Source: the human T2T-CHM13v2.0 reference genome, Homo sapiens. Taken from it: a DNA stretch of 64,000 nt. Shown piece by piece: positions 55,070 through 64,000 of the stretch (the stretch's first letter is position 1; each line of letters begins with the position of its first letter). The position numbers and the translations under genes were made by a program. The notes below the pieces were generated by a model. The model searched no databases and was not told the origin of the DNA. It saw only the letters and a program-made list of their open reading frames with translations. The stretch lies in assembly GCF_009914755.1 (NCBI RefSeq), contig NC_060932.1. The stretch is one strand, 5' to 3'.

Positions 55070-58000
55070 GTCCTTTCATTCCTAAAATTCTGTCTTCTCC
55101 AGCTTTTCCATTCCATCACTTTAACTCAACACAAGTTATTTCCACCATTTGATTAATTTGCTTTCACTCCTCCAAATTCAGTCATGCACCCACTATTTTC
55201 TCTGTCTTCCTGCCTTTCTTTTATCTCAATACCAAGTACAGTTCTGTAATTATGTACTCATAGTCTTTCACCTGAATAACTGCAATAGCCTCCTACCTGA
55301 GCTTCTATCTCTGGTCTTATCACCTTGTAACACATTCTGCAACTCGCAGTTTCAGTAACTTTTTTGAGTCACAAATGTTGTCATACATTTCTTTTGTTTA
55401 AATATTCTAAAGATCCCCTTTTGAGGTTACGCACAGATTCTCAACATAGCATCCTTATATCCAGGTGCAGTACTAGATACACCTTGAATCAACTGTTAGC
55501 CCTTGAGCTGCTGTGGTCATTTCAGAAAAATGATTTAGAGAAGGGTGAGGCTGGAGTATTATTGTTACTATGCATCATATCTGCTGCTTATTTTAAAAGA
55601 AATATCAACATCTTTCTGTATCCAGTTACACTTATTCCTAAAATCAAAATTACCAAGACTAACTGCCTGCTTTTTGGAATTTATCGAATACTAGTAGTGC
55701 ATTTCTGTGCTACCTTAGCCTCTTTCTTTTGTGAGCAATACCAAGCAGGTGATGAATTCAGAAGTTGAAGTAGAACTTTTATCTAACGTGCCCCAGATTT
55801 TATCCTTCTCATCTCCCCTAGACTAATTTCTAAATGAATTATACATTAATGTCAGGATCTTTGTTCCTTCTGGGTTGGGACTCTGGATGGTGTGGAGGTC
55901 AGTAGTTGGTTAATCTCACACATGTTGATCAGTGTGATTCAGGGTGAATAGAGAAGATGGCTCACTTTAGTGAGGGGGAGGCAGAGCGTGGCCTTGTGAA
56001 AACAGAAGCCTCTAAAGGATAGTTAAGAGAAACGCATCCTCAGACTCTGCTTTAAATACATCATGGGCATAAGTCAAGTAACGTCTTTGTGGCCTCAGTT
56101 TGCGCATGTAGAACATTCATATATTTTGAATATTTGCATATATCATTTATCACCTCTAATAATTACTCTTAGTCCAGTAACAGTAATGGGAACAACAGCA
56201 ATGCTAACAGAGGCTAAGACTTATTGAAAAGGTCAACTGCCTAGTCATTTTTCTAAGTATTTTGTAAATTATGCCACGCAAACCTCAAAACCATCACTAT
56301 AATTACATAAATAACTGCTACTTAAAATTTTTATTTTCCAGAGGACCTTGCTAAGAGCCAGGGAGGTTAAACACATTGACTGTATGAGCAGAGCTAATAC
56401 CATGTGGTTTGAATCAATTTCAGTGGGCTCAATTGAAACCACAGGTCCTCTACTCAAAATACACATACAAACTCATAGACATTTACATCTAGTAATTCTT
56501 ATTTTTTAAGACTCTGCTTAGACATTACTTCAAGCAAAAGGTTCCACATTTTTGATCATATATGATATAAAAGATAGTTGGGCAAAGTTAAATGCATATA
56601 TTCCCTGGTAAGTCTCCCCTAGTCCTTTAAGACAGAAAAACATGTCCCTTCTACATGCCTTCACTGCACCTTGTGCTTTCTGTTGTCATAGAAGGTATCT
56701 AATGCATGTTTTTGTAATTGTGAGTTTACTTGGCAGTGTTTCCTATTCACTGTAACCCTAGCACCTAACCTCCTGCCTTGTTCTTTGTACAGGCTCAATA
56801 AACATGTGTTAGTGATCACAAGTCCAAGGTAAAACAAGTGATGTTATCACTGTTTTCCCCAGAGCCTGAAACCTAGATCACCTTGGGTTAACGCAATCTT
56901 TCTTCATGGGGACATTGCTTTACCTGCAAATGTGTTACCTTGCTGGGCTTTTATGGAAAGTCATTAGAAACTGTTAACACCTTAGCAAACTGTGTCACAG
57001 AGCAGATACTTAAAGATCTAATCTTAAGGGGCCCTCAGGAAATGTTAGACAAAATTAGGGTGAGAAAATAGTTTAAAAGAAACTGAAATTGAGGGAAAAA
57101 GCATTTTTACTCTGACTCTAGAAGCATTTCTTTTGTTGTCTATTCACAATGATATGATAGACAGATATTGCTCTAGACACTGAAGATAAAAAGACAGAGT
57201 CACTGTCATTGAGGAGTTCATAGACCAGTGAGAGAGAGATGGGCAAAGAGAGCAATGATTGTAATGCAATATAATACATGTTCCATGAACAGCTATTATG
57301 GGAACAGAGAGGTGAGAATACTTTAGGTTGGTAATGATGTAAGGAAAGGATGTACAAATTGGAGAAGCTTGCTAGCTTGGGGAAGAATAAAGGACATTCC
57401 TGACACCAGAAAGCTTATGTTCATGACTACTGAAAGCATTTAATGTGGTAATGCATGTGAATGAAGTGACAAATTGCAAGGCTGAAAAGTGATAGCATCT
57501 CAGGCAGGTGCACTCATTTGTACTCATCACGTACTCACTGTTAAACGGGAATACCACCCTTGCCCAGGTTATTATGGTATTGAATGAAGTGACAGATAGA
57601 TAGCATTTCGTAAACAGTGTGACGCAAAGGTACAGTAGAGTGGGTTTTAGCAGGAGGAGGAGGGGGAGTTCACAGGAAAATTTCAAATTCCTTACCTGTT
57701 CCACAGGCCCTACAGGATCTTGTATCAGCCCCACTCAGGACACTGATGCTTCCAGGCCTTGTTTTCCTTCTTGTTGCATCAAGAGTATTTCCTTTTTGAT
57801 TCATTACAATTGTTGTTGTTGTTTTGTCCTGATTCATTCTCTTTTGCTTCAACCTCCAGATCTTCCCATGTTATATTCCTTTCTTTAGTCATGTTTTCAC
57901 TGACATATCATCTCTTCAGATGAACTTCATTGGTCATTCTAGTCAAAAGTGTAAAGAGTCAGTCAAACCCATCATCCTGTTCCATTTTTGTCACCATCTA

Positions 58001-58160
58001 AGCTTACACTGTCAGCTACGGTATCAACTGGTGGCCTCTCCTCTATAATAGAAGTTCCAAGAAAACAGAGGCCTCGTTTTCCTTATTCAATGCTATATTC
58101 TAAGCATCTAATGCAACATTTGAATCTCAATAATTCATTGAATGAATCAATGAATGGATA
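55070..58160. mobile_element. Multiple L2 and MIR remnants
   Basis: L2 + (tctttcacctgaataactgcaatagcctcct ~55260; gctcaataaacatgtgtt ~56790; ctcaataattcattgaatgaatcaatgaatg ~58125); L2 - (~57110-57550); MIR (~56030-56460, ~56850-57010). Approximate. Confidence 0.6.
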
Positions 58161-59248
58161 AGTAAAAGTAGTTATATAACCTTTGTGTTTGTTTGGAGGT
58201 TCAATTTAGTGAACAGGATGCTAAAGAAAGTCCTCCCAACTGTCTGTAGATAAAGATATAATGCCTTGTTGTGCGGGTTAAGAATTCTAAATGTCTCTAC
58301 ATAAACATGAGGCTATTTTAGATTTGGACTGACAAGTGCTTTAAGATTAGAAGACATTTATTCAATTATTTTAGGCAGCAAAAACAAAACACCAGCACTG
58401 GAAATAATTGCCTCAGCTAAATATTTTTATCTGTTCCACATCCCACCACCAGAAACATAATTATTCTTTCATTATATTTTCCTTTTCTTTTCAAGAAAAG
58501 AAATTTTATTTACAGGGTTCTTTCTAATAGGAGAAACCAATCTTACAGCTAGAGTCCCTTTTTTCTCCAGAAATCATTTTGGAGACGTCACTGTGGGCAG
58601 ATTATTTTTGCTCTCAGCAAACACTCTTTCTATGATCTATTAATGTATTTATCTTTGTCAGGATGCAGAGACCTAATAACCAATTCTCCAAGCCTCTTGC
58701 AATGTAGCATCTAATTTGCCTTCCCTTGAATTGTTGGTCCTGCTGTTGTTTGCTCAGTCCCTGGTATAGTACTCCCTTCTTCTCTCAAAAGTCAGAACAA
58801 ATTCATTCCAAAGGATTATTTTCAAGTTATATTACTCTTCCTAACTCATATCCTCATTTATTTCTGATGACATCGTGCTCAGAGTTCCATCTCTTCATGT
58901 ACTGCTTCAGTAACTGACATGGACAGTAGACAACCACAGGACCCATCAGTGGGCTTCAAGGGAGCATCAGTGCCTGACGAATGGGGAGCAGCACCAGCAT
59001 CCTCAAAATGCAAAGGAAGCCATGAGGGTACATGGGCAGATCTGATGATAAAACAAAGAGAAAACTTTATAAAATACACAAATACTTAATACATAGTGAC
59101 TGTGTTAATAATGATATTTACTGCTTTTATAGCTGTTTAGAGTTATACAATACAAGTTTCTCTATTACCAAAAAAGCACCATCTTGACTCAAGGACATAG
59201 TACGGTCAGCCTTCACACATCCGCAGAAAAGAAAGTCTACTGAGATTC

Positions 59249-59991
59249 TGAAACAGGAGAGTTCCCTGGCACCCCTTCACAGGACATGAGACGGGTGTGG
59301 CTCGTCTGTTGGTGGCTGCATGCTCAAACCCCTTATAGGACAGGTAGCATGCAGATGGGCAGGTGCAGGAGCCGGAGTGAACACTTTTGGTCTCCAGCCT
59401 CATGGTGGCATCTAGGAGTGTGTTACAATTAATGTCCTTTTAGCAGTTGCTGTCCGCAGATGGCTAAGTGTTGATCAGCTCAGTGGACTTTTACACCTTG
59501 TCCTCTTGGTACCCAGGTCCTTGCCCAGTGTCCAGGAAGAATCAGGTCACATATGGACTTGAAGGGTGAATGTAGGAGTTTTATTGAGTGGTGGAGGTGG
59601 CTCTCAGCAGGATGGATGAGGAGCTGGAAAGGGGATGGAGTGGGAAGATAATCTTCCCCTGGAGTTTGGTCATCTCATGGCCAATCTTTTCTTTGACCAT
59701 CCCCAGACAAACACCACCTGATGTTCAGATGCTCCTTCTCTTACCTTCTTCTTTGCCATGCTGTTCTTCTGCTCTTCTGCTCTTCTGTTCACCTGTTCAT
59801 GGAGCCTGGAGTTTGGGGTTTATATGGGTACGGGATGGCAGGGGGGCATGGCAAGGAAAGGCAACATTTGGGCATGAAAACAGGAATGCCTGTTCCCATT
59901 TAGGCCCACGGGTTTCCAGACTTGAGCGTGGTGCTTTTGCTGGGGAGCTGCTCTCATCTATTCAGTATTTCCCTGCCTCCTGTTTGTATCA
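59249..59991 (-). mobile_element. LTR1-family (ERV1) solo LTR
   Basis: tgaaacaggagagttccct ... aaaacaggaatgcctgttcccatttagg ... cagtatttccctgcctcctgtttgtatca; perfect 4-bp TSD attc. Confidence 0.92.
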
Positions 59992-60504
59992 ATTCCTCTC
60001 CAGTCTGACAGATAGGAACACTACCCAGAGTGTTTTGTCTTTCCTTTTGTACCTTATTTAATTCCTGAAACAACCTTGTACAGCTATTATAACCTCCATT
60101 TTATACATTAAAACACAGAACAAAAGTAAATTTCAGGAAGAAAATGAGACCGGCTTAAGTTTGAATAGCCAGGCAACACCCGGGCAGTAATTCAAAGTGA
60201 TTGTTTTCACCAGAGCCCCCTGATATTATTTCCTCAGTTTATCTCATTTGGCCCTAATCATGTGTGATACCACCTTAGAAGAGCATCTCTTCTAAAAGGA
60301 CCAGTAAATCCCTTCATACAATAAAGAAAATATCTGCAACCTGACACTTCAAGAAAGGGAGAGCATGCATCAAAGACTTGGACATAGGTGCATTTGCTGC
60401 CTTCGGGGAGAGCTGAGTCTATTGAAGGGGGCAGACCTTATTCAAATAATCACTTACATAGGTAACTAGAGTTCAGTTTCTCATATGGAGATGTGTCATT
60501 GCTA

Positions 60505-60745
60505 AACACAATAGTTAATAATAATTTATTGTATACTGCACTTAAATTTTACAAAAATGAAAGATCTCAAGTGTTCTTACAACACACACACAAACAGTAA
60601 CTGTGTGAGGTGATGGATATATTAATTAGCCGACTGTGGCAGTCCTTTCACGGTGTCCACATATATTAAAACATCACATTGTACACCCTAAATATATGTA
60701 ATTTTTATTTTTCAATTATATCCCAATAAAGCTGGAAAAAATAAA
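60505..60745 (+). mobile_element. L1MA9-like 3' end
   Basis: gatctcaagtgttctt..gtgaggtgatggatat..aaaacatcacattgtacacc..caattatatcccaataaagctggaaaaa. Confidence 0.82.
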
Positions 60746-60775
60746 TGAAATTAATGTTTGTAAAAAATGAGAGAG

Positions 60776-60925
60776 AGCATTAGGAGAAATACCTAATGTA
60801 AATGACGAGTTGATGGGTGCAGCAAACCAACATGGCACATGTATATCTATGTATCAAACCTGCACATTGTGAACATGCACCCTAGAACTTAAAGTATAAT
60901 AATAATTAAAAATAAATAAATAAAA
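60776..60925 (+). mobile_element. L1PA5/6-type 3' terminal fragment (~150 bp)
   Basis: cattaggagaaatacctaatgtaaatgacgagttgatgggtgcagcaaaccaacatggcac..ccctagaacttaaagtataataa. Confidence 0.9.
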
Positions 60926-60934
60926 TTAGAGAGA

Positions 60935-61239
<305 letters not shown>

Positions 61240-61431
61240 TTATTTTAAAAAGGTGTTTTTATTTAGTTTTCAAAATGGTTGAGTGGTTGGGGAATGCTAA
61301 CAAAGGTCCAGAAAAGACCACCTAAGCATATGAATTTAAGCTGAGGTCGGGAAAGTAAATAGAAGCTAGTCAAGGAAAGGGAAGAGTCTTCCAGCAGGAA
61401 AAATATACTCTGAACAGAGGCTCTGAGGTCT

Positions 61432-61672
61432 GGGGGTCATCTACACCAGGCACAATAGCACTGTGCCTACAGCCCACAATGCTTTGAGGGGCCCACGAAA
61501 ATGTCTTAATGTCTTTAAACATCAGAAGAATAAAATGAATGGAACCCAGCCTGAAGAATATTCATCTTCATACCAAGGCAATTATAAAGTATATTTTTTT
61601 TAGTTTTTTCTGGGATAAAGGACCCATGGAGGCAAAAGTGTTTCAGGCCCATGACAGTCATGATGTGGCCCA
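61432..61672 (-). mobile_element. MER96B-like (hAT-Tip100) DNA transposon within an L2 remnant
   Basis: aggcacaatagcactgtgccta..ggggcccacgaaaatgt..atattcatcttcatacca..ggcaaaagtg..ggcccatgacagtcatgatgtggccc. Confidence 0.75.
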
Positions 61673-64000
61673 AAGTGGGAAAAAACAGAAAGCTAGTAAG
61701 CATTGGGGAGACAAGGGGATGCTGGCATTGCTGGAGCACAGTGTCGTTTTCTTCTTGCCATCCCATTGTAGATAGCCCTGGAAAAACAAAAAAAACTAAG
61801 AATAAACAGCTCTTCCTTTCCTTCTCTTCTGGGGGTGGAGTTCTCAAAACACCATGTTAATTACTACCCACTCTCCTGCCTCCAAACCTGCCTGTGCCCA
61901 CCCAAATCCTGTCATATCTATTGAAACTGTAATTGAGACAGCACAAAAAGAACAATGCCAGAAGATAATAAGGGCTTGATACGAGAATGAATGAGTGAAA
62001 ACAAAATTGTCCATGTTAAGTGTGTGGAGCTGGCAATAAGCCGTAACATAGTTCAGAGGAAAAAGGCATTTCTTTGTGATTGACTTCAGCAAGCATTGCT
62101 TTAGCAACTACTTGTTGCAGTGGGACTAGAACTGTAAGGGGACTGAATCCCTGTTCTCAAGGAGGGCCCAATGTTTGAGATTAGATGTGTGAGTGATTTA
62201 CTATAATTCAGTGTGGACAGTTCTAATTATGCAATATAATCAGTCAGGAAAGCAATATTCTTTTCCTGATCTGGGTATAAATGATGAATGGAATGTGGAA
62301 ATGATAAAATGAAAGGGAGATGGATTTTTCACTCAGAGGAAATGATATGATCTATAATGAAGTGATAAAAAAATACAATGCATCTAGAAATAGAGAAGAC
62401 ACTAGGGATTGTAGAATAGACAGGAAAATTGGTCTGGAGACAGTTCCCCAAAGTTCACGAATTCTTTCTTAATCAAATAACTTCATATGTAGAAAATTGG
62501 GTATTTAAACAAATTAAATAGGCAAATATTAACAGAGCTCACCATTATTATTAGTTCTGTCTTAACACTACCACATTTATATAGCGCTTTCCATTTTATG
62601 TCCAATTATAGAAAAACACCAATTGGAAGTAGTAATATGAGAGTTTTGGGGGCAATAAGTGTAGCTCTTAAAGCTACTTCAGAGAAGGGCAAAAGAAAGA
62701 AAAATAATAAAAAAATGAACACTGGGAACAATTCCTTATATATCAAAGTGCCACTTTGTGATAAAACATATTATACTATGATAAATATATTTTAGTTTAA
62801 TATAGGGAAAGGGAGCAGCCACAGTCATTTTGAAAGAATTTCTTTCAAAACAAATTTTTTTTTAATAGAAATGAAAAGACAAGCTTCATTTGTTCAAGAA
62901 ATTTACCTAGCTTGAACCCCATTTTCTCAAAATTTGATGTAAACAGTATACTATTTTTCCCTTTACCATGATTTCTTATGAATCGATTTTAAAAGAAAGG
63001 ATATCATGATTCTACTATTCTTCTTCCTACCTGAAGGCTTTGCTAAAGTGCCTGTAATTTGTACATCAGTCTCAGCACTGTATGCTTTATTTGAGAAAAT
63101 GTATAACTGTATGAGCTTCAGCTTCAGGACATTTTGTATGTAATCATTAAAGCACAAAATTGTTGCCTGGAACCAAGGATGATTATTTTTCTATTTGTTC
63201 GGATTCTGGCACACAAAATGATCTATCTTGATTCTCTGTCCTGGCATTATTTTGCTTGCAAATCAGGATGCAGTATAAAACTTTCCATAGATACAAACAA
63301 AGCCAAAGAATTTAAGATAGTTTTGTTGAGGGAATGCTTCACTCTCCTTTTATATCTATCACAGCATCAATGAAATGTCTGGCACACAGCCCAGGTCTGG
63401 TCCCACCCAATTCAGTTCAGCAACATTAAGCAAGTAACTCATTCACAAAATACTGTTACTGACATATTATGATCTCTCGACCTTTGGGAGACATAAACAT
63501 GAACAGTTTTATGTTTCCCATAACTACCTCTATGTGTACTTCTCCTTCCTAGATAGTTCAGAGGGGGATCTATTAACAATATCTTAGCTTCTTTTTATAA
63601 TTGTTAGTTGTTTTGTTTGTTGAAGAGTCTCATTCTGTTTTTTTTTTGTTTGCTTGTTTTAACTTGTTATTATTATTTCAAAGTTTCAGATTCACATGCA
63701 ATACAAATCCCTCCTCCTTCCTCTGCTTGAAGGCATGCCATGAGGGTGTTTGAGGATGACTCTCAGAGAATGCTCCCCTTCATTTTTCCCTGTTCTTGTC
63801 ATTCTAATTTTGGAGCAGAAACAAGGACCAGGGGTACCAAGACGTCTGCTGGCTTCTTGGTTGGTACTTGGGTTTCAGTTCTCTTTCTGTTGGTGTCTCT
63901 TCTCTTCTCTTCTTTTATTGGTGCTGTGTTGATTCCCTGTGAAGAGCAGGGCTTTTTTAGGTGAAAAATGCAAATCAGTTCCATGTCAGGAGAGATGGAG

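Noticed and set aside
59588-60061. 157-aa ORF, the longest in the window
   Set aside because: Lies almost wholly on the antisense strand of an LTR1 solo LTR; no recognisable domain.
63740-63984. Overlapping short ORFs near the right edge, possible exon or pseudogene fragment
   Set aside because: No recognisable homology and no convincing splice context; purine/pyrimidine skew explains the open frames. A BLASTX including flanking sequence would settle it.

Overview
This is an AT-rich, repeat-dense, apparently non-coding stretch of a primate genome. AluY, an L1PA3-type 3' end and an LTR12C/ERV9 solo LTR point to human or another ape; I cannot place the locus or say whether it is intronic or intergenic. 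I found no credible protein-coding gene, RNA gene, CRISPR array or operon-like system, and the ORF track is explained by Alu, L1, LTR, Tigger and low-complexity sequence. The window is a layered set of transposon fossils: a ~5.8 kb L1MA4/5-class LINE, a 5'-inverted L1PA15-class LINE, L1PA16/PA5/PA3/MA3/MA9 3' ends, 11 Alus, MaLR/ERV LTRs (MLT1, MLT2B, MST, THE1, MER4, MER50, MER67, LTR1, LTR12C), DNA transposons (MER44/Tigger7, Zaphod/MER115, MER63/Blackjack, MER96B) and many MIR/L2 remnants. The items most worth a second look are mutational scars (a 240-bp duplication at an L1 5' junction, a fold-back inverted duplication at an L1 deletion, twin-priming with apparent target-site deletion, a recent 116-bp tandem duplication, a reused insertion site), a CpG-rich LTR12C promoter, and an unexplained TGACA-rich imperfect hairpin. 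Subfamily names come from recalled consensus sequences, not a RepeatMasker run, and boundaries of old repeats are approximate.
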